Source: Gammaproteobacteria bacterium
GTDB taxonomy: Bacteria > Pseudomonadota > Gammaproteobacteria > Magnimaribacterales > TMED112
Assembly: GCA_038147295.1 (NCBI GenBank)
Contig: JAYQTH010000002.1
Span: 74,243-138,242 of the forward strand
DNA: 64,000 nucleotides
Reading direction: 5' to 3'
Shown: positions 45,481-56,008 of the stretch, piece by piece
Numbering within the stretch: position 1 is the first letter of the stretch
Layout: every line of letters begins with the position of its first letter
Position numbers and translations under genes: made by a program
Notes under the pieces: generated by a model
Database searches by the model: none
What the model saw: the letters and a program-made list of their open reading frames with translations, nothing else
Told to the model about the DNA's origin: nothing

Positions 45481-46571
45481 TATTTTGTTACTTCGATAAT
45501 TCTTCCATCAGGACCATCAACTAGCAGAATCAGTGAACCTTTAGGTGTCTGATAAATATTTCTGATTCTCGCATCGAGGTCAGAAAATAAAATTTCCTCC
45601 TCTACTTGTCCATTGCTTATGCTTAACTTTCTTACATCTTTAGAGGCCAATGCTGAGACAAAATAGTGTCCATCCCACTCTGCGAAATAATCGCTTTCAT
45701 AGAATAAGAAGCCTGAAGGCGCAATTGAAGGACGCCAGTACTTTAACGGCTGTTCCATGCCCTCTTTTTCTGTAAATGGTGTTATTTGAGCACCTGAATA
45801 ATCAATACAATAGCAAATGGCAGGCCATCCATAATTCTTTCCAGGTTCAACAATATTTAATTCATCTCCACCTCTAGGACCATGCTCGTGTTCAATAATT
45901 GCTCCATCGGATAAAACGAGTAAACCTTGCATATTTCTATGCCCGTAGCTATAGATTTCTGGTAAAGCTCCATCTATGCCAACAAATGGATTGTCCTCAG
46001 GAACGCTGCCGTCAAGATTTAACCGCACTATTTTCCCATAATGGTTATCTAAGGTTTGAGCTTTTTCTCTTTTGTCATAGGCATCGCCACTAGCAATTAG
46101 TATTGTTGAATCTGGTAAAAAAGCCATTTTTGCACCCAGGTGAATTGGCACTCTTCTTGGAGCTTTGGCTTTAAATATGACTGAGAAATCTTTTAGCTCA
46201 TCGGCAACCAACTTTCCTTTCCCTACAAATAGAGTTACAGCATTGTCTTGTTCAGGGTCCTTAGCCGAATAACTTAGATAGATAAGTCCGTTGTCAGAAA
46301 AGTTTGGATCTATCTTCACATCAGATAGTCCACCTTGACTTCCATATGCTACTTCAGGCACTCCTTCTACTGTGTAGAGCTTTTCACCTGTGGTCAGTGA
46401 TATTACCGATAATTCTCCAGATAAATCTGAAAGTAAAAATTGATCTTGGTTGATAAAAGCCAAACTCCATGGATCTTTTTGTGCTTCACCAATTTGCTGA
46501 AATTTAAACTCTGCTGAAGCCAGCAAATTACTTATTACCAATAGAAAAAATGTTTTTAATAAATCTCTCAT
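45480..46571 (-). CDS. PQQ-dependent sugar dehydrogenase (soluble aldose dehydrogenase / GSDH family)
   Basis: 363 aa with a signal peptide and beta-propeller motifs (..IYSYGHRNMQGL.., ..GGDELNIVEPGKNYGWP..). Confidence 0.8.
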   Translation of the reverse strand: MRDLLKTFFLLVISNLLASAEFKFQQIGEAQKDPWSLAFINQDQFLLSDLSGELSVISLTTGEKLYTVEGVPEVAYGSQGGLSDVKIDPNFSDNGLIYLSYSAKDPEQDNAVTLFVGKGKLVADELKDFSVIFKAKAPRRVPIHLGAKMAFLPDSTILIASGDAYDKREKAQTLDNHYGKIVRLNLDGSVPEDNPFVGIDGALPEIYSYGHRNMQGLLVLSDGAIIEHEHGPRGGDELNIVEPGKNYGWPAICYCIDYSGAQITPFTEKEGMEQPLKYWRPSIAPSGFLFYESDYFAEWDGHYFVSALASKDVRKLSISNGQVEEEILFSDLDARIRNIYQTPKGSLILLVDGPDGRIIEVTK

Positions 46572-46622
46572 AGAAACTACCCCTATAAATCTATCTTACA
46601 TTAAACTGTTTAATTAGGGCTT

Positions 46623-48203
46623 ATGAAAAATAAATTTCTGTTACTTATACTCATCGTCATTTCTTCCTGCTCTGATCGGCCTGACTATGATTTAATCATT
46701 AAGAACGGAAGCATCATTGATGGCAGTGGACAGCCAAGATTTTCAACAAATATTGGGATAAAGGACGATACCATCCATGTGCTTGGTGCACTTGATTCTA
46801 AAACCGCAAAAAAATACATTGATGCAACTAATTTAATCGTAGTCCCAGGTTTTATTGATGTTCATACTCATGCTGTGCGTGGTATTTTTGATGTACCCAC
46901 AGCCGATGCCTTTTTATATCAAGGAGTAACCACACTCACGGATGGCAACGATGGAAGCTCTCCTTTTCCCATAGGTGAGCATTACCAAAAAATTGAAGAA
47001 ATAGGGATTTCACCAAACTGGGCTGTATTTGTGGGGCAAGGCACCATCAGAGAGGAGGTAATGGGACTAGAAAATAGAGCCCCTACCTCAAGTGAACTTG
47101 AAGAAATGAAAGAGCTGACAAAAGAGGCTATGAAGGAAGGTGCATTAGGTCTGTCTTCAGGTTTGTTCTATGTGCCAGGGAATTTTAGTTCCAAGGAAGA
47201 AATTATAGCTCTAGCTCAAATTGTTGGAGAAAGAGGTGGAATCTATATCTCACATATGAGAGATGAAGCTGACAAAATTCTTGATTCAGTGGCCGAGACA
47301 ATTGAAATTGGTATAGCAGGAGGTTTGCCTGCACACATTACCCATCATAAAGTAATTGGTAAAGAGAACTGGGGCTTATCTTTGCAAACACTTGCTATGG
47401 TTGATGAGGCAAATCAAAAAGGTCACGATGTTTATCTTGATCAATATCCCTATACAGCATCGCAAACAAGCATCACAGCATTAATACCACAATGGGCTCA
47501 AGCTGGAGGGCGAAAAGCACTTTTAGATCGACTTAACAATAAAGAGGTTCGTCAACAAATTAAAGAAGAGGTTGTTAGAAAGATTCTATATGATCGAGGT
47601 GGTGGCCATCCTAAAAATGTTGTCATTTCTGAAGCCAAATGGGACACCTCCCTTGAAGGCAAAAACCTTGCGGAAATAACGGTGGCTAAAGGTATTGAGC
47701 CTACACCAGAGAATGCTGCAGAAACCGTCTTTGAAATCATTGAAGGTGGTTATGCCCGAGCAGTATTTCATGCGATTAGTGATGATGATGTTAAATTTAT
47801 TATGCAACATCCAAATGCTGCTATTGCTTCAGATGGACCACTAATGCCTTTTGGCGAAAGCAGACCACATCCAAGATCCTATGGCACCTTTCCGAGAGTT
47901 CTTGGCAAATATGTAAGAGAAAGCAATGTCATAAGTCTAGAAGAGGCTATTAGAAAAATGACTTCCCTGCCTGCCAAAATCATATCACTCAATAAAAGAG
48001 GATTAATTAAAGAAGGTTACTATGCTGACATTACTATTTTTGACCCTGAGAAGATTTCTGATAATGCAACCTTTCAAGACCCCCATCAATATTCAACAGG
48101 AGTTGAATATGTAATAGTGAATGGACAAATTGTTGTAAGTAATGGAGTTCACAATCTTTCAAAACCAGGAAGGGTACTTTTTGGTCCTGGGAAGGTAAAT
48201 TAG
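46623..48203 (+). CDS. N-acyl-D-amino-acid deacylase family amidohydrolase (lipoprotein)
   Basis: 526 aa with a lipobox (LIVISSCS). Contains PGFIDVHTH, and the D-aminoacylase-like length and C-terminal beta domain. Confidence 0.75.
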   Translation: MKNKFLLLILIVISSCSDRPDYDLIIKNGSIIDGSGQPRFSTNIGIKDDTIHVLGALDSKTAKKYIDATNLIVVPGFIDVHTHAVRGIFDVPTADAFLYQGVTTLTDGNDGSSPFPIGEHYQKIEEIGISPNWAVFVGQGTIREEVMGLENRAPTSSELEEMKELTKEAMKEGALGLSSGLFYVPGNFSSKEEIIALAQIVGERGGIYISHMRDEADKILDSVAETIEIGIAGGLPAHITHHKVIGKENWGLSLQTLAMVDEANQKGHDVYLDQYPYTASQTSITALIPQWAQAGGRKALLDRLNNKEVRQQIKEEVVRKILYDRGGGHPKNVVISEAKWDTSLEGKNLAEITVAKGIEPTPENAAETVFEIIEGGYARAVFHAISDDDVKFIMQHPNAAIASDGPLMPFGESRPHPRSYGTFPRVLGKYVRESNVISLEEAIRKMTSLPAKIISLNKRGLIKEGYYADITIFDPEKISDNATFQDPHQYSTGVEYVIVNGQIVVSNGVHNLSKPGRVLFGPGKVN

Positions 48204-49360
48204 ATTTCTTCTTCTGTGAAATGCATAACATCATGCGCCTCTAAGCGAGCAATTAGTTTATTACCCATTGCTGGTGCTGTGGTGTAAATGCCTCCAGGAA
48301 GATCTGCACAATCCTCAAGCAAACATATGCCACTTTCAGCAATCATTTTTGATGTTGAGCCATAACCAGGGTCTAGATTTCCTTTTACTGCAACTTGCAT
48401 TTTATTTGTCTCATCCACTCCAAGAAAAACTAAATCGTAGCTTCCAGCTTCTCGCGATTCTTTTGAAGGGCCCTCACCTGGCTTGGGAACATTTTCCCCC
48501 ATCAAAGGATTCACTGAAGCAATGAAATCCGCCGTTTCTTTACCCTTGTCACCATCACCGGCCATCATCATTTCACTGTAAATTAAGTCTTTGCCATATA
48601 GATGTGAGAGCAATTTATTTGATCTATGAACGTTTTTAGTATTAATTGGCGCCATAATAAAAGGAGCCATCCATTGATTAAAATCTTCATCGTAAACAAC
48701 TGCATTGCCATCCGGTTGAGCAGGACCCTCGAATCCCTCTGCTAAAGAAAATGGATTCATGAGTATGTTAATCATATTTGGATCTTTTCTAATTGATTGA
48801 AGCGTGGCATTTAAAGAGGCTGCCGTGCCTCCAGAGAACTCGCCAACCATAGACCTTACACCACATTTTACTGTTGAGAATGGACTCCCATACTTTTCCA
48901 TTGCATTTTGCTGAAGGAAAAATACTCCTAAATCCGATGGTATTGAGTCAAATCCACAACTATGAACAATTCTTGCTCCAGACTCTTTTGCAACCGATTG
49001 ATGTTCTTGCATGTAATGCATCCAACCAGGTTCACCGCTTAAATCTACGTAATGAACCCCAAGCTCCGCACATTTTTTAACAATATCACTGCCATATAAT
49101 TGATAAGGACCTACTGTAGTGATTAATACATTTGTCTTTGATATAGCATCATGAATAGACTCTAAATCCGAAGAGTCCAACACCTCAATGGGTGCTTCTA
49201 TTTTCATTTCAGCTAAAACTTGTTCTAGCTTTGACTTATTTCGACCGGCAACTGCCCAATTGAGCTCCTTGCCATATTCGTTCTGAAAATACTCAGCAAC
49301 CAATCGTCCTGTGAACCCACTGGCACCAAAAATTAAATAATCATATGTTTTATTACTCAT
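48200..49360 (-). CDS. saccharopine dehydrogenase-like NAD(P)-binding oxidoreductase
   Basis: 386 aa. N-terminal YDYLIFGASGFTGRLVAEY Rossmann motif and Sacchrp_dh_NADP family architecture. Confidence 0.7.
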   Translation of the reverse strand: MSNKTYDYLIFGASGFTGRLVAEYFQNEYGKELNWAVAGRNKSKLEQVLAEMKIEAPIEVLDSSDLESIHDAISKTNVLITTVGPYQLYGSDIVKKCAELGVHYVDLSGEPGWMHYMQEHQSVAKESGARIVHSCGFDSIPSDLGVFFLQQNAMEKYGSPFSTVKCGVRSMVGEFSGGTAASLNATLQSIRKDPNMINILMNPFSLAEGFEGPAQPDGNAVVYDEDFNQWMAPFIMAPINTKNVHRSNKLLSHLYGKDLIYSEMMMAGDGDKGKETADFIASVNPLMGENVPKPGEGPSKESREAGSYDLVFLGVDETNKMQVAVKGNLDPGYGSTSKMIAESGICLLEDCADLPGGIYTTAPAMGNKLIARLEAHDVMHFTEEEI

Positions 49361-49372
49361 AGCTCTCCCCTA

Positions 49373-50567
49373 TTAAATTAGACTTAAATAAATAAACTTC
49401 TTTTTCCCAACTTGGATGAGCGTCTTTTTATTTTGCTCAATCTTAAAATCTTTAGACTTCTACTTTATTTTGATCGATTTTAACTGCTCCTTGTTTGATC
49501 AGACGCAGTGCCTCAGATGTGCTTGTTACCATACCTAAATCCTTAAGGATATTTGGTAATGCAAGTTCACCTGAAAACGGAATTTCTTTTTCTTCGATAT
49601 TAGTGGGCAACTCATTTTTAGCAAACTTTTTAAAGAAATTTTCTTTAGCCTCTTCTGCATCTTTTGTAGAAGTAAATCTTTCTGCAAGCTCATAAGCTAA
49701 TTCTATTTTTGCATCTCTTGGATTGGCACCATTGTCAATGCTCTTTTTTAAATCATCAATGTCTGAGGGTGGGCGAAGACTAAGAAGATCAAACCACTTA
49801 AACATAATCTCATCTGAAATAGACATAGTCTTGCCAAAAATCTCATCGGCACTCTCAGTTATGCCAATGTAATTTTGCTCACTTTTTGACATCTTTTTTA
49901 CACCATCAAGACCTTCTAACAAAGGCAAAGTAATAATAGTTTGAGGTGACATATCGCTATTTCTCTGTAGGTCACGCCCTACCAATAAATTAAATTTTTG
50001 GTCGGTACCTCCTAGCTCGATATCTGCTTCAAGCTCAACGGAATCGTAACCTTGCATTAGAGGGTATAAGAATTCATGTATTGAGATTGGTTGGTTGTTT
50101 TTATATCTTTTTGAGAAATCATCACGTTCAATCATTCTTGCCACTGTGGATTGCGCTGCAAGTTTGATCATATCAGCAGCTGACATACTGTCTCCCCACC
50201 TAGAATTGAAATCAACAATCGTTTTTTGTGGGTCAAGCACTTTGTAGACTTGGTCTTTGTAGGTTTGAGCATTTTCTTTTATTTCATTATCGGTTAATGG
50301 AGGTCTGGTTTTATTTTTTCCACTTGGGTCACCAATTCTTCCAGTAAAATCACCAATAAGAAAAATAACTTTATGGCCTAAATCCTGAAATTGGCGCATT
50401 TTTCTTAGGATTACTGTATGACCTAAGTGTAGATCTGGTGCAGTAGGGTCAAATCCGACTTTAATTGTAAGAATTTTGTTGTCTTTGAGCTTTTGAACAA
50501 GATCATCTTCACCTATGATTTCATCTATGCCTTGTTTTATAATTTGCAGTTGTTTTTTGTAATCCAT
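49373..50567 (-). CDS. tyrS: tyrosine--tRNA ligase (type 2), with an apparent +1 frame disruption 27 codons before the true end
   Basis: HLGH and KMSKS are present. The intact ORF stops at 49452 (..QNKVEV*), but the +1 frame continues [25 protein letters not shown] to 49373. That matches the missing end of the S4-like domain and ends 12 nt from the next gene. Confidence 0.85.
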
Positions 50568-50595
50568 AACGAAGCTTTATATATAATATCAGAAC

Positions 50596-51831
50596 ATGTA
50601 CATTGGCTCCCATTTTAAATTATTTCTGAGCATACTGTTATTGCCAGTTTTTTTTATATTTCTACTTGCGGCCGATGTTGATTTTAGAAAAACAGATTCA
50701 ACTGAGGAAATTACACCATTAGTTTTTAACGCCAACAATGATATGGGTGATTTTCAATTGCCAAGCGAATCTAAAGTTAAAATTAAAGAGGGTGATACCT
50801 TTTACTCCATCCTCATTAACTTAGGGGTAGATTCAGTGCTAATTAATGAAATTGCAGCAGATAAACTAGTTAGGGATTTTACTAAATTAAAAATTAACGA
50901 CGAAATTTTTATTGAGAAACTGAATGGTGAAATTCAAATTAAAAAATTTGATGAGGATTTCTATGTAGATGTTCTAAAAGTAAAGGGCCAAGAATACGTA
51001 TTTGAAAAAGAAAAAGAAAATTTAGAGCGGGTTGCATATTTTAAAGAGTTTATTATTACCGATTCACTATATGCATCTGGTAAAAAAGCAGGTGTGCCTG
51101 AGAGTGTTCTTGGTGATCTAGTCTATATTTTTGGCTGGGACATTGATTATGCTTTTGATATAAGAAATGGGGATAAGGTAAAAATTCTTTATGAAAATAT
51201 CTATTCAGCTGGGAAGCTGATTGCCTATGGTGATATTTTGGCTGCAGATTTTATCAATAAAGGTGAGAAGCTGTCCGTTATAAGATTTACCCAAAGGGGA
51301 AGAAAAGATTACTACTCATTAGACAGCACTAACGTTAGAAAAGCTTTTCTCAGAACTCCAATTGAATTTGCTCGCATTAGCTCGCATTACAATCCAAAAA
51401 GAAAGCATCCTATTCTTAACACCATAAGAGCACATAAAGGGACAGACTATGCCGCAAAAACTGGGACAGCTGTGAAGGTCACTGGAGATGGTGTAATTAA
51501 AAATGCGTCTTACTCAGATTCCTATGGTTATCATATTGATGTCATGCATTTCAATAAATACATGACCAGATATGCTCATCTGAATAATTTTGCAAAGGGC
51601 ATTAAAAAAGGGGCAAAGGTTGAACAAGGACAAACTATTGGCTATGTAGGCTCAACAGGTCTTGCAACAGGACCGCATCTGCACTACGAATTCCATATTA
51701 ATGGAAAACATACAGATCCAGTTAAGGTCGAACCACCAAACGCTCAATCCATAAATTCTTACAACAAAGATTATTTTGATCAGCTTGCTGAGCGAAGAAC
51801 GCAACTTATAGCAAACCTCTCAGGCATATAA
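50596..51831 (+). CDS. M23 family murein endopeptidase (MepM/YebA-like)
   Basis: 411 aa with an N-terminal anchor. M23 motifs HKGTDYAA and GSTGLATGPHLHYEF. Divergent from tyrS, as in Pseudomonas. Confidence 0.85.
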   Translation: MYIGSHFKLFLSILLLPVFFIFLLAADVDFRKTDSTEEITPLVFNANNDMGDFQLPSESKVKIKEGDTFYSILINLGVDSVLINEIAADKLVRDFTKLKINDEIFIEKLNGEIQIKKFDEDFYVDVLKVKGQEYVFEKEKENLERVAYFKEFIITDSLYASGKKAGVPESVLGDLVYIFGWDIDYAFDIRNGDKVKILYENIYSAGKLIAYGDILAADFINKGEKLSVIRFTQRGRKDYYSLDSTNVRKAFLRTPIEFARISSHYNPKRKHPILNTIRAHKGTDYAAKTGTAVKVTGDGVIKNASYSDSYGYHIDVMHFNKYMTRYAHLNNFAKGIKKGAKVEQGQTIGYVGSTGLATGPHLHYEFHINGKHTDPVKVEPPNAQSINSYNKDYFDQLAERRTQLIANLSGI

Positions 51832-52802
51832 TGACGCAAAAATTTATTGGTCTAATGTCTGGAACCAGTAGAGATTCTCTTGACGGCTGTTTAGTAAGCT
51901 TTGAAGGTGGTTTTAATTTTCTTCAAGGTGAAACTATTAGCTTTGATAAAGAATATAAAACCTCAAATGATCAAAATTACGTTGAAAAACACATCAGTGA
52001 AAAAAGTGTAGAACTTATCAAAGTTTTGATGGATAAGTCTGGGGTTAACACAGAGGATATAGCTGGCATTGCTTTTTCAGGACAAACTATCTCACACAAT
52101 GATAAGAAAAGTGTTCAGGCAGGAGACCCTAATTACATAACAAAAAAAATCGGTTTACCTGTGCATTCTGACTTTAGAAATGCAGACATAAAAAGAGGTG
52201 GCAGAGGCGCCCCTTTAATACCAATTTTTCATCAATATCTTTATGGTTCATTATTTGATGAAGTATTAATTGTTAACATTGGTGGCATCTCTAATGGCAC
52301 CTATCTAAAGAATAATTCAATTGATATTGGTAGCGATATTGGGCCTGGAAATTGCTTAATGGATAAGGTAATGACAGACAATCACTTAGGAAGTTTTGAT
52401 ATAGATGGTAAGTTAGCAGGTGCAGGAAAATTCGATATTAACCTACTTAACAAATTTGAAAATGCATTGTTAAATTTGGATTATCCAAGAGCCGATGACA
52501 TTAGCCTTTACACTTCTCTTATGCATCATCTTGATGAAAATCCTGTTCTTGAGATTTCCGACCAACTTGCCACACTAGTAGAACTTACCGCAACAAAAAT
52601 TTATGAATTTTATTTATACTGCAATCGACCAAGCACTGTAATTTTTCATGGTGGAGGAGTATTTAATAAGACCCTCATGAAATCAATAGCCAATAAATTG
52701 GGTAAATTTGAAACAACGGAAAACATTTTACCTGCAAAGTATATGGAAGCTGCGGCTTTTGCCTATCTTGCCTATAAAGATTTAGGCGTAATATTTAAAT
52801 AG
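51831..52802 (+). CDS. anmK: anhydro-N-acetylmuramic acid kinase
   Basis: 323 aa. N-terminal GLMSGTSRDSLDG motif. Synteny with the M23 peptidase gene and erpA. Confidence 0.8.
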   Translation: MTQKFIGLMSGTSRDSLDGCLVSFEGGFNFLQGETISFDKEYKTSNDQNYVEKHISEKSVELIKVLMDKSGVNTEDIAGIAFSGQTISHNDKKSVQAGDPNYITKKIGLPVHSDFRNADIKRGGRGAPLIPIFHQYLYGSLFDEVLIVNIGGISNGTYLKNNSIDIGSDIGPGNCLMDKVMTDNHLGSFDIDGKLAGAGKFDINLLNKFENALLNLDYPRADDISLYTSLMHHLDENPVLEISDQLATLVELTATKIYEFYLYCNRPSTVIFHGGGVFNKTLMKSIANKLGKFETTENILPAKYMEAAAFAYLAYKDLGVIFK

Positions 52803-53142
52803 AAAAGGATGCACCACATCCGCATGTGGATTTAGCATTAGGGTTGCTGACCGTAAATTTAGCACCCATTAGGTCTTCAATGTAATCTATTTTAGAGCCG
52901 AGAATGTAGGGATAAGATAGTTCATCCAAAAGAACTTTAATTCCGTGATCAAAATCAAGCATTGAATCTTCCTCTTGATCGTAATCATCAAACTTGAAAC
53001 CATACTGAAAACCTGAGCAACCTCCCCCTGTGACATACACACGAAAATATTTACCGTTTTCCTGTTCAGACAGATTAACGATTTTCTCCACAGCGGTGGA
53101 TGAAAGTTCGAATGGATTTGCTTTTTTTGATTGAAAGCTCAT
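52795..53142 (-). CDS. erpA: iron-sulfur cluster insertion protein (HesB/IscA family)
   Basis: 115 aa. GGGCSGFQY and the C-terminal CGCGASF cluster ligands. Confidence 0.88.
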   Translation of the reverse strand: MSFQSKKANPFELSSTAVEKIVNLSEQENGKYFRVYVTGGGCSGFQYGFKFDDYDQEEDSMLDFDHGIKVLLDELSYPYILGSKIDYIEDLMGAKFTVSNPNAKSTCGCGASFSI

Positions 53143-53187
53143 AAGGTTATAATTTTAGCAGATTACTTTATCTCTTATAATTTATTT

Positions 53188-53607
53188 ATGGATTACCTCG
53201 TTTTTAAATCCCTACACATTATCCTGATAATTTCTTGGATGGCTGGATTGTTTTATATTCCAAGATTATTTGTATATGTTGCTGAGGATAGTGCAAGAAA
53301 GAATACATCTGCTTATATTGAGCAGCAAAAAAGATTACTCTATTTTACTTCTCCCTTAGGTTTGCTTGGCATTGTTTTTGGTGCACTAATGTTGGCTCAA
53401 TCCGTGACTCTTTTGGAGACATTTTGGTTTAAAACTAAGCTGGCATTGGTAGGTTTGTTAGTGTTATACAATATTTTCTTATTTCTTGAGCACGCCAAAC
53501 AAAAACAGCTGAAAATCAGAACCGTTCTTCAGTATAAAGTTATTAATGAAGTTGTTGTGCTCATTCTAATTCCGATTGTTTTTTTATCGGTCTTTAAGTG
53601 GCAATAA
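53188..53607 (+). CDS. hemJ: protoporphyrinogen IX oxidase HemJ
   Basis: The start is taken at ATG 53188 (MDYLVFKSLHIILIISWMAGLFYIPRLFVY), which is a HemJ/UPF0093 signature. The 53131 extension overlaps erpA. Confidence 0.8.
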   Translation: MDYLVFKSLHIILIISWMAGLFYIPRLFVYVAEDSARKNTSAYIEQQKRLLYFTSPLGLLGIVFGALMLAQSVTLLETFWFKTKLALVGLLVLYNIFLFLEHAKQKQLKIRTVLQYKVINEVVVLILIPIVFLSVFKWQ

Positions 53608-53739
53608 ATGAGATGTCTAGGCAATTAAGTATTGCTATTAAGTAATTAAATCATATAAATAAACAAGCCATTATGGTGGCAAGTTGTGATGTTATCTTTC
53701 TGTCAAAAAGATAAAATCTGTAGAAATAGAAACATTTGC

Positions 53740-55035
53740 ATGAAAACAAAAAACTCAGAATCATTATTTAAAAAATCCAAAGAGTACATAGCCGGAGGGG
53801 TGAATTCACCAGTAAGAGCATTTAAAAGTGTTGGAGGCAGTCCAATCTTTTTTAAAAAAGCTAGAGGATGTTATCTGTATGATGAAGACGGTAACAAGTA
53901 TCTTGATTTTGTTGGTTCTTGGGGGCCAATGGTTTTAGGGCACTCCAATAAAAACATCATCAACGCAATAAAGAAGCAAGCTAGTAAGGGTATAAGTTTT
54001 GGCGCACCTACTAAAAACGAACTCGAAATTGCAAAAATTATTAAATCTTATTTTCCAAGTATGGAAAAAATAAGGATGGTTAATTCGGGGACTGAAGCAA
54101 CCATGAGTTGTATTAGGCTTGCTAGAGGTTTTACGAATCGCAAATTAATCATTAAGTTTACAGGCTGCTATCATGGGCACGTAGATTCCTTACTAGTTAA
54201 AGCAGGGTCTGGAGTTGCCACACTTGGGATCCCAGATTCGCCTGGAATTCCAGAAGAGCTGTCTAAACTTACAATTTCTCTGCCATACAATTCAGTCAGT
54301 GACATTCAAGAGGCATTCAAAACTTACAAAGATCAAATTGCTGCAGTCATAATTGAACCTATTGCAGGCAATATGGGATTCATCGAGCCAGATGAAAGTT
54401 TTTTGCAAGAAGTAGATAGCCTTTGTAAAAGGAATCAATCCTTGCTTATATTTGATGAGGTTATGACAGGGTTTAGAGTTTCTAGGGGCGGTGCTCAAGA
54501 ATTATTTAATATTACACCTGACCTCACAGCGTTAGGTAAGATAGTTGGTGGAGGCTTGCCCGTTGGGGTTTATGGCGGTAGAGCAGAAATTATGAGTTAT
54601 ATTGCTCCCGATGGTCCAGTCTATCAAGCTGGAACATTATCAGGCAATCCAATAGCTGTAAGCGCAGGTACAGCTTTGCTTAAACAGCTTAAAGACAAAA
54701 ATATCTATAAAAGATTAGAGCGCAAAGGAAGTCAATTCTTAAAAGAGTTATCAGACTTTGCTGCAGAAGCTGGCATACCTTTTTCTACAAATATTCGAGG
54801 AGGCATGTTTGGTTACTTTTTTGCAGAGAAATTACCAAAAAACTTTGAAGATGTGCAGAGATCAGAAATTGAAATGTTTACTCAATTTTTTAAAGGCATG
54901 CTACAAGAAAATATCTATCTGCCGCCATCAGCTTTTGAAAGCTGTTTTCTTTCAACCGAACATTCAGAGGAACAACTTTCAAAAACAGCTAAAATAGCTC
55001 ACAAGGTATTTAAAAAAATAAGAAATGAAATTTGA
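53740..55035 (+). CDS. hemL: glutamate-1-semialdehyde 2,1-aminomutase
   Basis: The start is taken at ATG 53740 (MKTKNSESLFKKSKEYIAGGVNSPVRAF). Also has ..DEVMTGFR.. and ..LGKIVGGGLPVG.. (PLP Lys). Confidence 0.92.
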   Translation: MKTKNSESLFKKSKEYIAGGVNSPVRAFKSVGGSPIFFKKARGCYLYDEDGNKYLDFVGSWGPMVLGHSNKNIINAIKKQASKGISFGAPTKNELEIAKIIKSYFPSMEKIRMVNSGTEATMSCIRLARGFTNRKLIIKFTGCYHGHVDSLLVKAGSGVATLGIPDSPGIPEELSKLTISLPYNSVSDIQEAFKTYKDQIAAVIIEPIAGNMGFIEPDESFLQEVDSLCKRNQSLLIFDEVMTGFRVSRGGAQELFNITPDLTALGKIVGGGLPVGVYGGRAEIMSYIAPDGPVYQAGTLSGNPIAVSAGTALLKQLKDKNIYKRLERKGSQFLKELSDFAAEAGIPFSTNIRGGMFGYFFAEKLPKNFEDVQRSEIEMFTQFFKGMLQENIYLPPSAFESCFLSTEHSEEQLSKTAKIAHKVFKKIRNEI

Positions 55036-56008
55036 TATCGTCGGAGTTGGTAATGCATTGGTTGATGAAACCTATTATGTTAGTAGAGATTTTGTAGACT
55101 CAACTGGTTTACCATTCAACCACTTTCATCCAATTACCCACGAACAGCAAGAAACAATAATTTCATCTGCCCAAGAGAATAATGCAGCTGAAATAGTGTG
55201 TGGTGGGTCGACAACCAATAGCCTTGCAGCGGCTGCAAATTATGGTTCAGTGTGTGGGCATATTTGCCAACTAGGTGATGATGCAATGGGACAAGTGTAT
55301 GAAAAAGATCTAAAAGATAATGGCATAATTTCTCTAAATCAATTTCGACATAACAATTTTAAAACTGGCAGATGTTTGGTATTGATAACGCCGAATAGTG
55401 AAAGAACAATGGGGACTTACCTAGGAGCTTCAGAACAGTTAAAGTTTGACCCTACTTTCATTGATCATGTAAATAACGCAAAGATAATCTTCTCAGAGGG
55501 ATACCAGTTAACTTCTTCTGAAAATTTCGAGGCTTTTGTTTCTATACTTGAATCTACTAACAAAGAAGTAAAATTTGCTTTTAGTTTATCTGACCCATTT
55601 GTCATTGAAAATTTTAGGGATCGGGTTGAGAAAATTCTAGAACTTAAACGCATTGATTATTTGTTTTGTAATTTAGAAGAAGCAAAATCTTTGGTTGGTG
55701 ATAATTTTGAGGATAGCTTAAAACAAATAGCTAATAATTATGTTGTGACCAATGGATCAGAGCCATCAACTGTATTTTCCAACGGACAATTTAAACAATT
55801 GAGTCCATTTAAGGTTAAGGCAATTGACTCAAACGGGGCAGGCGATATATTTGCTGGTTCCACACTTCATAAAATCATTGAGGGTGAAAGTTTTTTTCAT
55901 GCTTGTGAATTTGGAAACTATGCCTCCTCCATTATTGTTCAAGAGAAGAGTCCTAGATTATCGAAAGTAAAATATACTGAGATAATTTCAAACTTTAAGA
56001 GAGATTAG
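55025..56008 (+). CDS. PfkB-family carbohydrate/nucleoside kinase (adenosine kinase-like)
   Basis: 327 aa. N-terminal GVGNALVD and the C-terminal DSNGAGDIFAGS motif. Confidence 0.75.
   Translation: MKFDIVGVGNALVDETYYVSRDFVDSTGLPFNHFHPITHEQQETIISSAQENNAAEIVCGGSTTNSLAAAANYGSVCGHICQLGDDAMGQVYEKDLKDNGIISLNQFRHNNFKTGRCLVLITPNSERTMGTYLGASEQLKFDPTFIDHVNNAKIIFSEGYQLTSSENFEAFVSILESTNKEVKFAFSLSDPFVIENFRDRVEKILELKRIDYLFCNLEEAKSLVGDNFEDSLKQIANNYVVTNGSEPSTVFSNGQFKQLSPFKVKAIDSNGAGDIFAGSTLHKIIEGESFFHACEFGNYASSIIVQEKSPRLSKVKYTEIISNFKRD

Noticed and set aside
53608-53739. 132-nt hemJ-hemL spacer and the 88-nt phhA-tRNA-Ile spacer, considered as possible sRNA or riboswitch sites
   Set aside because: I could find no conserved aptamer motifs or stable hairpins. 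They are probably ordinary promoter regions.
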